Positions 26,621 through 40,909 of a stretch of 64,000 bases of DNA are shown here, piece by piece. The notes beneath the pieces are model-generated. The model made no database searches and was not told where the DNA came from. It saw nothing but the letters and a program-made list of their open reading frames with translations. Position 1 is the stretch's first letter; every line of letters starts with the position of its first letter. Origin of the DNA: Octopus sinensis (lineage: Eukaryota); NCBI RefSeq assembly GCF_006345805.1, contig NC_043004.1, positions 40,796,001 through 40,860,000 of the forward strand, read 5' to 3'. Position numbers and translations under genes: made by a program.

Positions 26621-27419
26621 TGCCCTAACACTATTTTATTTTATGTTACCCTACTCTATGATGTCTGAAAATGTGGGGACAGGAGGGTAGATTCAATTAT
26701 ATAAACCCTAGTACTTGAACTTTATTTAATCAAACCCTCAATGATAAAATGAGTACTGGTAAGGTACTGGGTTAAATAATAATAATAATTAATTCTTTTA
26801 TTTTTTTAATAATTAATTCTTTTATAATAATAATAATGTATGTACCATTTCAAACACCTACCTAAAATATACATTAATAGACCACATTACTACTACTACT
26901 ACTAAGTAAAACAAAACAATGCTAGAACATCTGTGATTGCTGACCTGCTAGATATAGCAGTCAAATCTCCCTTACTATCTTATAAAAGGAAAAGGATACA
27001 TTTCATAATGCAATTCTAGATGTGACTAGATGGTCCTACAGTTGAAGTGTCTTTGATGAGGGCTGGCCAGGAACTGAACGAGAATATTAAGTGATGAGCC
27101 ATCAAGAAACAAAGAAGTCAATAGTCTTCTGATGTGCTAAAAATAGCAGCTAAATCTCCCTCAACTCACACACGTGCACCTGTCCTCTTACAAAAGGACA
27201 TGTCTAATGTATTCCTAGGTATACAAAAGTTTGAATAACAACAGATGGGACGGCCACAGCTGGAAGTCACTCTATATTTGAAAATGTATTGCATTCAAGC
27301 ATATAAAGAGTGTGAGGGTACGTGTCAGTAAATCAACCGGGAACGCTGTGCTATGTCTCAGTACAAACAGAGCACATTAAGTTGGTTAAGTACATCTGCA
27401 CCCTATTAACCCTACCAAC

Positions 27420-28430
27420 TGTGAGTCAAACCCCATCCCCAAATTTCAGGCCTTGTGCCTGTAGTAGAAAAGATTAGTATTATCATTATTATTATTATCA
27501 TTTTTATTATTATTAAGCAGGAAGCTGGCAAAGTCATTAGTGCGTCAGGCAAAATGCTTAGTGCTATTTCATCTGACACTACATTCCGAGTTCAAATTCC
27601 ACCAAGGTCAACTTTGCCTTCCATCCTTTTGGGGTCAATGAAGTAAGTACCAGTTATGTACTGAGATCGATGTAATTGACTAATCCCCCTCCCCCAAATT
27701 TCAAGTCTTTTGCCTATAGTAGAAAGGATTATTATTATTATTATTAAGGCAGTGAGCTGGCAGAATCATTAACACAGTGGGCAAAATGCTAAGCGGCATT
27801 TTGTCTTTCTCTCTGCCAAGGTTGACTTTGCCTTTCATCCTTTCAGGTTGATAAAATAAGTAACAGTTAAGTACTGGGGTTAATGTCATCGACTATCCCC
27901 TTTCTCCAAATTTCAGGCCTTGTACCTATAGTAAAAAAGATTATTGTTATTATTATCTAAGGTAGCAAGCTGGCAGAACCGTTAGCATGGTAGGCAAAAT
28001 GCTTAGCAACATTTAGTTCATCTGTACATTCTGAGTTCAAATTCCGCCAAGGTTGACTTTGCCTTTCATCTTTTCAGGGTCAATAAATTAAGTTACCAGT
28101 TGCGTACAGGGGTCGATCTAATTGACTGGCCCCGCCATCAAAATTTCAGGCCTTGTGCCTATAAATAGAAAGGATTATTATCATTATTATTATTATTATT
28201 ATTATGGCAGCATGCTCCCAGAATTGTTAGCATACCAGGCAAAATGCTAAGCAGTATTTCATTTGTCTCTGTTTTGTGTTCAAATTCCGCCAGGGTTGAC
28301 TTTGCCTTTCATCCTCTCGAGGTCGATAAAATAAGTACCAGTTGAACACTAGGGTCAATGTAATCAACATATCCCTTCCCCTGGAATTGCTGGCCTTGTA
28401 CCAGAATTTGGAACCAATATTATTACATCC
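27420..28430 (+). repeat. Head-to-tail array of about 4.3 diverged family-B-related units (about 220-240 bp) joined by (ATT)n
   Basis: Repeated ..GCTGGCAGAA..GCCTTTCATC..AAATTTCAGGCCTTG..ATTATT units. Confidence 0.8.
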
Positions 28431-30562
28431 ACTAGAGGAGCAGAATCAGGAGAGCATCAGACAAAATACCTTGCTCTATTTAGCCATGGCTTTTTATGTT
28501 CAGTTCTAAACCCATCTTTGCAGAGTCAACAAAACCAACTATAACTCCACCCACAGAATTTGAAGCCCTCAGCTTCAAATTAATAGAAATCAACATCATT
28601 GTTGTCCTCATCATCTAAGTAAGAGGATTTCCATCTGTTTTAATAGTAAGTATTCCAGTTGTCTGTGGAGGTGCGTGGTTTAGTGGTTAAGGTGTTCAAC
28701 TCATGATCGTAGGATTGCGGTTTTTGATTCCTGGATCAGGCAATGCACTGTGTTCTTGAACAAAACACTTCATTTCACATTGCTCCTGTCCACCCAGCTG
28801 GTAAAAATGAGTGATCCTACGATGGACTGGCATCCTGTCCAGGGAGGAGTATATACTCCATGGAAACCAAGGAAACCAACCCTATGCTCCTTATGGAATA
28901 ATGTGGGCTAAACACCCATTCCAATAGTTTGATCAACTGAACTGCCAACTCACTGAAGTAACTGAGTTTCCATATAAACACTTGTGCCCTTAATGTTGGC
29001 TCTTTGAATTATGAATGAAGTCCATTTCCCAAACAGTTTCTTATCATCTGCACCATTTCCATTATAAAACTCAAATTGATCTGATATTCAGCTGTAAATT
29101 AAAAAATGAAAACTAAATTTTGTCAAACAGTCAAATAAAAACCAGGATCCAAGAAGGCTAAAAATAATTTATCATCATTGTTTAACATCAATGTTTTATG
29201 CTGGCATCGCTGAATGGCTTAACTAGATCTGATGGGTCCAAGTACTGCATCATATTCCAGGATCAGGTCTGGTGTGCTTTCTACATCTGGATGCCCTTTC
29301 TAATGCCAACCACTTTACAGTATGTACTGAATGTAGAAAGTAATTTGGTAAGTTCTCAAATTTGAATAAATGCTGTAGGAAGACAAGGATCTTGATGTTA
29401 AAAGCAAAGTTTTTCATCAGACAAAGAACTCGGTTTTTTTTTGCAATAATTATAATTGTTGGTGCTTGAAAAGAGACAACAAGCAAATACACTAGAAAGT
29501 GTTATAAAAGAAAATTTTTGTCAGAGTGAACGTTTCATATCTCTTTATTTTTTTTTATTTTATTTCAAGTCATTTCTATTGTTATAAAGCAATTTTACAG
29601 TAGTTTAAACAGCTTGTATTTATGAAACTTGAAAATAAATTTGAACACATGACTTAATTTTTAGTCCTAATTTGAAAAATCTAGAAAATGGCACATAAGT
29701 TGACAAGAATCAGGACCTGATAGAGCCAAGCCGAGTTGAAATTCGTATTCAGTGCACCCAAATTACTTTGAATCAAGTGTCAGATATCATTTACTAAAAT
29801 ATTGTGTTCCCTAGTGTTATTATCTTTGTTTACTACCATTTTGAACATATGGTGATGTAAACTGGAAATGTAAAATGGAGAAGGGCTTTTTACCCTCTCT
29901 AATCAAAAATTTATTAGGCTCCCCTCCCTAGGCTAAATTCCTTCAGTAACAGGATTCACAGGATTATGGGCTACCATTGGTCACGTTTTTGTATCCATCC
30001 AACAACTATACTCAGAAACTGGGAAGATTCCAGTTACTTGCACAAGGCAGAATGGAAAAGTTCCTGGACTAGTTCTATAGTTGCATGCGCAATGGGAGAA
30101 TTGACCTTCATGAGGCAATGTACTGAGTGACATCGCTGTGTTTACTTCGCAAGTTGTGAAATTTGTGTTTTTGCGATCACATGGGCCGGTGGCATGTAAA
30201 CAGTACCATTCAAGCGTGATCATTACCAGCATCGCTTTACTGGCACTTGTGCCGGAGGCACGTAAAAAAACATTCGAGCGTGGTCGTTGCCAGTGCTGCT
30301 GGACTGGCTCTTGTGTAGCTGGCACGTAAATAAACACCATTTGAGCGTGGCCATTGCCAGTAACCCCTGACAGGCCCCCGTGCAGGTGGCTAGTAAAAGC
30401 ACCCACTATACTCTCGGAGTGGTTGGCGTTAGGAAGGGCAATCAGCTGTAGAAACTCTGCCAGATCAAGATTAGAGCCTGGTGCAGCCAGTCCTCAGTCA
30501 AACCGTCCAACCCATGCTAGCATGGAAAGCGGATGTTAAACAATGATGATGATGATGATGAT

Positions 30563-31490
30563 GTATGCTGTAGTCTGCAATTTTGTCATGGACAGGAACA
30601 AAGAGCCAACATGAAATCTTGCGTTAAACTTGGAAAATCTGCTACAAAGACATTGAGCATGCTTTGGTAAGCTTATGGCGATGAAGTAATGTTTTGAGTG
30701 ACATGGGCACTTTAAAAGTGGAAGAATGTCCCTGGAAGACAGTGAGTGATCTAGAAGACCTTTCACAAGCATCAAGCCCGGAAATGTGGTATTGTGCATT
30801 GAGAATTCATCCTCCTGGGCCAAACCGTCAATCAAGAATTCTATTGCAACGTTTTGAAGAGTTTGAGGGAAGACATTCAGCGAAAGAGACCGGATCTGTG
30901 GAGTGCGAAGAAGTGGATTCTCCACCAAGCTCTCCTCACTCACAAGCTTATCACCAAAAACAACATGGTATCGCTTCTGCACCTGCCCTATTCGCCAAAT
31001 TTAGCACTTGACAAACTTCCATCTCTTCCCCAAGATGAAAATGCAGCTCAAAGGTCACCATTTTAACACCATTGTTGAGATCATGAGCAAATCACAGAAG
31101 ATCCTCAACTCCTTAGTGGAAAACAACTTCCAGGCTGGATTCCAAAAGTGGCAGCAACATTGGGGCCAGTGTATTGCTGTGCAAGGTGACTATTTTGAAA
31201 GGGATGAGGTTAAAACGTAGGTAAATAAGTTATTTTTTATTAAACATAACTAGTAGGTGCGGGCATGGTTGTGTGGTTAGGGAGCTTGCTTCCTAGCTAC
31301 ATGGTTTCGGGTTCAGTCCCACTGCGTGGCACTTTGGGCAGGTGTCTTCTACAATAGCCCCGAGCTGACCGAAGCTTTGTGATTGAATTCGGTAGGCGGA
31401 AGTTACTGCCATGTATGCATATGTGCGTGTAGGTGCTTGTGCCTCTCCGAAAGACAGAGAGAGTTCTGGAACTTTTTGATACCACCTCAT
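30563..31490 (+). mobile_element. Mariner transposase remnant, internally deleted, with a SINE inserted at about 31255-31460
   Basis: Frameshifted KLGKSATKT, GQTVNQEFYC, LPYSPNLA and LFPKMKMQLKG..F segments; TIR-like sequence at about 31463-31490. Confidence 0.8.
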
Positions 31491-31564
31491 ATGAGTTGAG
31501 AATGTTTGGTCATGTTGCTTGATATTCCAAGTCAGATCATGTTCTTTTCTCTGAGGATCCAGCT

Positions 31565-31735
31565 AGAGAATGCTGGGTCATGTTGGTCAACCACATACCA
31601 CATGGTTAAGGTGGATGAGGAAGGATCTCACAGAGATGGGGGACTACTGACTGGGAAACTGTTTGGAAGGCAAATACTGGATGCTGCAGTGACGTGCTGC
31701 AATGGCACATACCACCCCCATATCAGACCCGACCA
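31565..31735 (+). mobile_element. RTE-like LINE 3' remnant
   Basis: MLGHV..GQPHTTWLRWMRKDL translation. Confidence 0.45.
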
Positions 31736-33138
31736 GCTCCCTCATTCAAGATGACTGCCCCACCCGCTTTTAAGACACATATATTTCAAACCACTATAGT
31801 TATATGTTTTGATACCACATCATAGTCCATGTAAATTCACTCCATTCTTCCCCTTTCCCCACCCCCAACAAAACCTTTTGTAATTTGTCCTCATAATATC
31901 ATCTTCCACACGGGCCATCCATCGTCCTTGTGATAATAAAAGAAACCATTAATATTTTTATTAAGAGAAATTTAATCCTCATTATCTTTGGTGGGATATA
32001 AGACCACATTATTATTACTACAACTATTATTATTATTATTGGTGGTGGTGGTGGTGGTGGTAGTAGTAGTAGTAGTAGGGTTGAGAGGGAGAGAGAGAAG
32101 TTGCTAAACAGGTTTTTCAAGTGAACGCCAACTGAGTTCACATTAATTAAGACATAGCTATCAAACGATGTCCACACAAACACAGACAAACTAATCAATA
32201 TTGATTAACAAACTATCAAAGAGCTCTTTCAGATTGATAATCAGTTCAGAACAATTAGTGGTTATATGAGCACAACAGGATTATACGGATGTATATTGTA
32301 TCTTATTCTCCCTATCAGGAGAAATCCTCACTTCATTCACCATTAAATTGGCTTGACAGTTTTCTATCAACCATTGGACAATTCATTCATCAAACCAAAT
32401 GATTCTTAGAGTGGAAGTATTTAAACAATAATGAGATTCATAATGTTTGTTTATTCTCTCTTTCATTTTATTTTATTTTATTTTATTTTTGTAAATCCTT
32501 TATATCTATGTACATGTATTGTAGACATCTCATGTATGTTAAATGCCTCTCATGCACAAAACACTCATGTATATTTTATGTGCGTAATATATATACGCAC
32601 ACACATATATATTTACATACACACACATATACACACACTCACATATATATATATATACACACACATACATGCACATATATACATAAACACATATACACAT
32701 ATATACACACATATATGTATACACACATACAGACAGATTGACAGCTTTTATATGTCTATAAGAAAATGGCAAAGACTCCCTCAGGTCAGAAATGACCATG
32801 GGATTGCACCTAGAAATTCCCCTCCGAGGCACAAGTCTGGGCAAGGTTGTTTGTGGAAGACCAGCAGTCGCCCATGCATACCGGCCTCCCCTCTCCACAC
32901 CACTGATGTTATCCAAGGGAAAGGCAAAGGATAGTACAGCTTGGCATCAGTGATGTCACAACTCATTTCTACAGCTGAGTGAACCGGAGTAACATAAAGT
33001 GACTTGCTCAAGAATGCAACACACAGCCTGGTTTGGGAATTAAACTCTCAAACCTCACAACTGTAAGCCGGTCACTAACCACTGAGCCATGCACTTTGGT
33101 TCTATCTTGATTGATTGATGGATGGATGGATATTATAT

Positions 33139-33512
33139 GCTCTTTTACTCTTTTACTTGTTTCAGTCATTTGACTGCGGCCATGCTGGAGCATGACCTTT
33201 AGTCGAGCAAATCAACCCCGGGACTTATTCTTTGTAAGCCCAGTAATTATTCTATCGTCTCTTTTTGCCGAACCGCTAAGTGACAGGGACGTAAACACAC
33301 CAGCATCAGTTGTCAAGCAATGGTGGGGGGACAAACACAGACACACATACATATATATACGACAGGCTTCTTTCAGTTTCTGTCTACCAAATCCACTCAC
33401 AAGGCATTGGTCGGCCCGAGGCTTTAGCAGAAGACACTTGCCCAAGATGCCACACAGTGGGACTGAACCCGGAACCATGTGGTTGGTAAGCAAGCTACTT
33501 ACCACACAGCCA
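33139..33512 (-). mobile_element. SINE family A
   Basis: Same consensus. Confidence 0.9.
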
Positions 33513-35965
33513 TGTGTGTATGTATGTGCCATACACATGTACAGGCACACGTACACACACACACACATATGTATACTCACACATACATACACACATGCTC
33601 GCATATGTATATGCCATACACCTGTACAGGCAATATTGATTTAATGGAAGGAGAGAGAGCTAATGTACAGCACAAGCATTTGATCATAATAAACAAATCA
33701 CCTGTGTATGTAACTGAGCAAGAAATTGCTAAATCCTCACCTGTCGTTTATGACAGGTGAGTCTGCCATGTGTGTTTATGAAAATTAGGGGAGGTTTCTT
33801 GTGTGAAAGTTGCAGAAAGAGTTACATACATATGCATACACACACTCATTCATACACGCTCAGACACACGAACACACATTTTGGATGTGGATATGTATAT
33901 ATTAACATATATATATATGCGTATTTGTGTGCCTGAGAGGCTTTTAACATATATGAGATGCATAAAGCATTATTTATGCATATAACATGTTATTTGTAAT
34001 CTACCTTTTCGTCTTGCATATCTACTTTTGCATGTTGACTGACTACGCAACTCTGGCATGTGTCTAACCAATCAAACACTTAAGAAATCAAACCATAGAT
34101 TGTGTGTCTCATATATGCACTGATTGATTGATGAGGTAGCAGTGGCCGTCTCAAAAACATGTGACCATCATTTTAAAAGATGTCAAAGGGTTTGCTAACA
34201 ACAGTAAAATGCAGCTGAAGGGAAGGCCTCTTTTAGCTGCTGTTGTTTAGCCAAAGGACAGCCATGATGATGGCAGATTTAGGATGTAATGCATTTCAAC
34301 AGAGAACATCCTATCATTTGTTCTCTAAGGTACTGTGTTGTAGGAGTACACTATCCAATGTACCTCTGTTTTTTTTTTTAATGGTAGTGTTTAGTTTTAA
34401 GAAGGGAGCTTAGCTGCAAATTGATAGACATTAGAGCATTGGACAGACTGCATCACAAATTAAGCATTGTGAATTCAAATCTCATTGAGGTAAGCTTTGC
34501 TTTTTATCTTTTTGAGGTCAATAAATAAGTACCAACCCAGTGGTTAGAGTATTCAGCTCAAGATTGTCAGGTCACGAGTTCGATTCCTGACATGTTATGT
34601 CCTTGAGCAAGACACTTTATTCCATGTTGCTCCAGTCCACTTAGCTTGAAAAAATGAGTTGTACCTATAACTGAGAGGGCCAACCTAGTCACATTCTGTA
34701 TCGTGCTGAATCTCCCTGAGAACTATGTTAAGGGTACACATGTCTGTGGAGTACTCAGCCACTTGCACATTAATTTCACGAGCAGGCAGTTAACTGGATC
34801 AACTGGAACTCCCATGTTGTAACTGATGGAGTGCTAGGGTTGTCCACCATGAGGTCCACACCTTGTTACATTGTGGTGGTCCATGACCCTGAGAGCTATG
34901 CCAATGGAGTGCAAACTCCTAGTAGGGTCTCCCATGCTGGACAAGCCAGAGGACAGAGGCCAGACTAATATGAACCACTTCTTCCCCGCAGTTAAAATGG
35001 GTTTGGTGGGGCCAACACCCTTAACCCAGAAAAAAGCAAAGTTCTAGAAGTATCAATGACAATTCTTAACTAACAAGACCTGGAAGAGAAAGGCTTTCCC
35101 TCAGCGAAACATGCCTGGAACATTGCGGTAATTTAATCCCAGTTACATCATTCTGACTAAAGACAGGATTGCCACTGTTAGAATGTCTTTGGTAAGAGGT
35201 CTGCTTAATCAGAATTTCCTTCATTGGTTTTCTAGAAACGAGTGATTAATTAGCTGAACTTGCAAGTCCTTGTAGTGGTCTGGGGAAGGCTTTGTGAAAC
35301 ATCAGTGTATTTAACCAATGAGAGAACCACTATGTAGTCACACAACATGCTAGAAATAGCTACAAAATTCTACCACAAATCATATATTAGTATCATAAAT
35401 AAAGGAAAGGACACATTAATTAAATAATTTAGTCTTACATACTCTGAAAGGTGGGGTGGCCATGGCTAGACCACCTTAGGTAATAAGTGTGGTGCATCAA
35501 ATTTGACTTGTTAAGTTGCAGGGAAAAGGTGGCAAGCTGGCAGAAACGTTAGCACAAACCGATCATGGCCGTTTGCCAGCTTGCTCTGGCTCCTGTGCCG
35601 GTGGCACGTAAAAAACACCCACTATACTCACGGAGTGGTTGGCGTTAGGAAGGGCATCCAGCTGTAGAAACACTGCCAAATCAGACTAGAGCCTGGTGCA
35701 GCCTCCATGGCTTACCAGACCCCAGTCGAACCATCCAACCCATGCTAGCATGGAAAACGGACGTTAAATGATGATGATGATGAAATAAACATATTTGACA
35801 GAGTAATCTGAATGCTAAAGAGGACACAGTAATTGTATAGAGTAGTCCTTCTTACTTCTAAAATGTTTAGGTGGTCATGACTAAGGACACCCTTCATCCA
35901 TTGTATCAATGAACAGTTGTCTTTGATTTCAAATATTAGAAATCAGTGAAAGGCCAACTATGCTA

Positions 35966-36600
35966 ATCTCTTTACTCTTTTACTTGTTTCAATCATTTGA
36001 CTGTGGCCATGCTGGAGCACCACCTTTAGTCGAGCAAATCGAACCCCAGGACTTATTCTTTGTAAGCCTAGTACTTATTCTATCGGTCTCTTTTGCTGAA
36101 CTGCTAAGTTATGGGGATGTAAACACACCAACATCGGTTGTCAAGCAATAGTGGGGAGACAAAAACACACAAATATATACATACATACACATGTGTGCAC
36201 ACACACACACAGTTATAATTTACATACACATGCAGATGGTTCCGGGTTCAGTCCCATTGCGTGGCACCTTGGGCAAGTGTCTTCTACTATAGCTTCAGGC
36301 CGACCAAAGCCTTGTGAGTGGATTTGGTAGACGGAAACTGAAAGAAGCCCGTCGTATATATGTATATAGATGTATGTGCGTGTATGTTTGTGTGTCTGTG
36401 TTTGTCCCCCTAGCATTGCTTGACAACCGATGCTGGTGTGTTTACGTCCCCGTCACTTAGCAGTTCGGCAAAAGAGACCGATAGAATAAGTACTGGGCTT
36501 ACAAAGAATAAGTCCCAGGGTCGATTAGCTCGATTAAAGGCGGTGCTCCAGCATAGCCGCAGTCAAAATGACTGAAACAAGTAAAAAAGAGAAAAAAAAA
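35966..36600. mobile_element. Two truncated SINE family A copies in inverted orientation
   Basis: Minus copy at 35966-36200 and plus copy at 36236-36600. Confidence 0.85.
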
Positions 36601-36769
36601 AGTCTGTAAGACAAGTTACAGAAAGAGTTTTCAAAATTGATTTGGAACTGAATTAATCTGGAAGTAATGCAGTTTGGTTTTGTGCTAAGAACAGACACCA
36701 CTGATGCCAAATCCCTTTTAAGACAACTTAGCATTCATAAACCTGCAGAAACCCTTTCACAAGATTCTC

Positions 36770-37050
36770 CCTTCTGTAATCTTTAAGTTACTGAGTGTAG
36801 ACAAAAGGCTTGTGAGGGCTATACAAATTATGTACAGAGAAAGGGTCAGCAATGAGTTAAGTAATCAATAACTTAGCATGTGGATAGGGGCCTATCAGGG
36901 CTCAGAACTCACTCTATTTATTATAGTCCTCTAAACCATAACAAAGGTATTTAAGGTTGAATATCTATAGAGACTTAGTTCTTTTAACGGAATCTGTAGA
37001 TCTGAAGAAGAAATTCCAGACATAGAAACAAAAGCTGAAATTGCAATGCT
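36770..37050 (+). mobile_element. Decayed RTE-like RT remnant
   Basis: LVRAIQIMY...YQGS-like translation with stops. Confidence 0.45.
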
Positions 37051-38929
37051 TTAACCTCTTAGTGGTTGGCACTAGGAAGGGCATCCAGCTGTAGAAATTG
37101 CCAAATCAAGATTAGAGCCTGGTGCAGCCATCTGGTTCGCCAGTCCTCAGTCTAGCATGGAAAGCAGACATTAAACGACGATGATGATGATGATGATTAT
37201 AGGATTTTTTAAAGCATTGAATGGCTACAAGGGTCCACCCGAGTAAAAGAGGAATCAAGGGGGTCCATAGGGTAAAAATGGTTGAGAACCACTGATCTAA
37301 ACCATCCATAGTGGTTCATTCAATCAGTCCTAACCTAGGGCTAAACAAAAAAAGAACAGTGTTAGTCACCTACTGATGTGATATGAAGACAACAGATGGT
37401 TGGTTAATTGGGTAATGGTCGGATGTGTGACTGGCTGTGAACTGTCAGCTAAATAGGTCAGATTAAAAATATAAATAAAAACGATATAAATTGTGAACAA
37501 AGCATAATAATGTTTAGAATAAATTAGACTTCTGAAAAGATCAAAACAAAAGCTTTGTTATATTTATACAATACCAATATCCCCCCACCTTCTCTCTCTC
37601 TCACACACACGCACACATACATTCATACATACAATTATTGTCGTTGGTTGGCAGAATTGTTAGAGCATAGGACAAAAATGCCTTATGTTATTGACTCTGG
37701 TAGTTTACTTCCTGGGTTCAAATTCTGGTGAGGTCAACTTTGCCTTTCCTTAAATAAATTATCGGTCAAGTACTGATAGTGGAGTCAGTCACATCAACTT
37801 ATTTCTTCCCCTCAAAATTTCTGGCCCTAAGCTTTGCTTGAACTAGAGATGTTATTTTGTTATAAGGATTAGCAGAATTGTTACAAAATGGATATCTTTA
37901 CTGATTCTTTTAGTTCTGGGTTCAAATCCTGCTGAGATCAACTTTGTAGAGAAAAGTACTAGCAAAATACTGGAGCCTATATAACTGACTGCTCCTTTAG
38001 CCAAAACTAGAAACAATTATTATCACTAGCAGGACCCATGAATATTTCACATAATTAATGGTGAACCTATTGGATTATTTCTGCATACTTTATCCAAAAA
38101 AGCCTGAAAGCATAGCCTGTGTTGTGTCTGTATGGAAAGATAGTCACTCATTTGCTAATCATTGAAAAGTGAAAGAAATGTGTCACACAGTATCCAATAA
38201 TGTGATGTTGTATGTAGATTGAAGGTACTGTGTATACAGGGGGTTTATGCCATCTGCCAAGTCACCACAAAGACCTCAGAGAGTCAGTACATTACACAGT
38301 ATGCATGCAGTTCCAAGTAAAGCTGATTTTTGCAACATGCTAAGATTATAGAGTATGTCTGAGGTGTCCAAATACTTCTTCAGATTGGATGGTATTGAAC
38401 TAAATGTTCCAAAGAAGAAGAAGGCAGCACGACGATGACTACTACTACTACTACTATTATTATTAGTTCAAATTCCGCTGTGGTAGACTTTGCCTTTCAG
38501 CCTTTTGGGGTCGATTAAATAAGTACCAGTTATGCACTGGGGTCAATGTAATCGACTTAATCCCTTCCCCCAAATTTGAGGCCTTGTACTTCCAGTAGAA
38601 AGAATTATTATTATTAAGGCAACAAGCTGGCAAAATCGTTAGCTAGCACGCCACACAAAATGCTTAGTGGCATTTCACCCATGTTTACATTCCGAGTTCA
38701 AATTCCACCGAGGTAAACTTTTCTTTTCATCCTTTAGGGGTCAATGAAACAAGTACCAGTCGAGCACTGGGGTATATGCAATTCAGTAGCCCCCTCCCCC
38801 AAAATTTCAGGCCTTGTGCTTATAGTAGAAAGGATTATCATTATCATCATTAAGGTGATGAGTTGGAAGAATTGTTACCATGCCAGACATAAAATACATG
38901 TCCACTGGGACTCAGTTCTAAACACCCTT

Positions 38930-39200
38930 TCTTTTGTTAAACTTCTTCAGACAGTATCAGAGGAGTTTAAAACCAACTGTCCATGGAAACTCCTGTATGT
39001 TGATAATCAGGTTTTTACTGATGAATCTATCAAATAATTAGAGAAGAAATTCCAAATATGGAAGACAGGCAAATTATACCTGTGGAAGACAGAAGTTGTA
39101 TGCAGAAGAGGAAGATCAAAGAAGACATAGGAAGAAATGGTGAAGGCTGAACCTCACAAAAGCAATGGCAATAAATGATAAGACACAGTGCTTTCCAAAC
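38930..39200 (+). mobile_element. Decayed RTE-like RT remnant
   Basis: EEFKTNCPWKLLYVDN...LEKKFQIWK. Confidence 0.6.
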
Positions 39201-39276
39201 CACAGAAATAAGAAAAAAGCAGACAAAAAGGATGGGATTGATGAGTACTTTTACACATTTTATATATATATAGGCG

Positions 39277-39433
39277 TAGGATTGGCTGTGTGGTAAGTAG
39301 CTTGCTTACGAACCACATGGTTCCGGGTTCATTCCCACTGCGTGGCATCTTGGGCAAGTGTCTTCTACTATAGCCTCGGGCTGACCAAAGCCTTGTGAGT
39401 GGATTTGGGACAGAAACTGAAAGAAGCCAGTCG

Positions 39434-39498
<65 letters not shown>

Positions 39499-39684
39499 GT
39501 GTCTGTCTTTGCCCCCCCCCCAACATTGCTTGACAACCGATGCTGGTGTGTGTCTCCGTAACTTAGCAGCTCAGCAAAAAGACCGATTGAATAAGTACTA
39601 GGCTTACAAAGAATAAGATTTGCTCGATTAAAGGCGGTGCTCCAGCATGGCCGCAGTCAAATGACTGAAACAAGTAAAAGAGTA
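39277..39684 (+). mobile_element. SINE family A
   Basis: Same consensus. Confidence 0.88.
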
Positions 39685-40081
39685 TATATATATGTGTGTG
39701 TGTAATATACATGTACACAGACACACACACGTTATAGATCATGCACACAATTTGTAATATGTGTGAATTTCTGTGCATATGAGAGAAATAGAGAATGAGA
39801 CAGACAATGGGGCTTGCGCTCTGACTTTTCACGTTTGCTTCCAAATTAAATAAAGCAAATACTAACAGAACGGGAGAAAAATTATAAGTTCATTGATTTA
39901 TCTATTGCTAAAAGCATAAGGAGACAATAAAGTAGTGAAAGAGAGAGAGAGAGAGGAGGTCGCTAGCTAAATGGTGAGAGAGACCATCTGCTGCAGCTCA
40001 TAACACTTATATCATCATTGAAAAAAAGAATATAATTAAATATCTTTTACTTATATAGGATTATACATTAATTCTCTCTCA

Positions 40082-40490
40082 TCTCTTCTTCTTCTTCTTC
40101 TTACAGCATTGACCCGGGGTGGGTTGAGCTGGCTTCATTCATCCTCAGTGCTGCATCTCTAACAAATGCCAACCAGGCCTGGCGATTTGAGGCTAGTGAC
40201 CGCGTGATCTCCAACCACTCCTTATTCCAGTGGCGAACGCCGTAGATATGGGGGCCTAGGTTGGGTTCCAGATCAGCCTTGACTGTCATCAACCAGGTTT
40301 TTCGTTGTCCACCACGACACTTTCGCGAACCCTGAAGGGGAGCTGGGGCAATTCCTTCGTAGATGAATTCTCCTGGTTGACGACGGAGGGCACGACCCAG
40401 CCAATGCAGACGTCTCGTTAGGATGACTTGTCAGAGGGAGGGTGATTCTGCACTGGTGTTGCACCAAATTGTTGGAGACAAAGTGATGCA
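40082..40490 (-). mobile_element. RTE-clade LINE 3' fragment
   Basis: KADLEPNLGPHIYGVRHWNKEWL...; (AAG)n tail. Confidence 0.8.
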
Positions 40491-40909
40491 ATTCTCTCTC
40501 ATGAATCATCATCATTGCTTTTATGTCCACTTTTCCATACTCCCAAAGGTCAAATGGAATTAGCTGAGGTAAATTTTCAATGACCAGATGCTCTTCCTGC
40601 CACCAACCTTTGCTTGTTTCTAGACAAGGTCAGAAATGTTTTCACAGAAGATTGGAAATGTAGGGCGCTGCTTGTATAACTCTTTACTCTCTTTTACTTG
40701 TTTCAGTCATTTGACTGCAGCCATGCTGGAGCACCGCCTTTAGTCGGGCAAATCGACCCCAGGACTTATTCATTGTAAGCCTAGTACTTATTCTATCGGC
40801 TCCTTTTATCGAACCGCTAAGTTACAGAGACGTAAACACATCAGCATCGGTTGTCAAGCAATGCTAGGGGGACAAACACAGACACGCAAACATATATACA
40901 CACATATAT

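Noticed and set aside
27302-27330. TATAAA plus TCAGT initiator on the plus strand
   Set aside because: Spacing is 25 nt, shorter than typical, and there is no downstream gene evidence.
27420-28430. CRISPR-like repeat/spacer appearance (also 6001-6700)
   Set aside because: Eukaryotic context, long units without unique spacers, and no cas genes.
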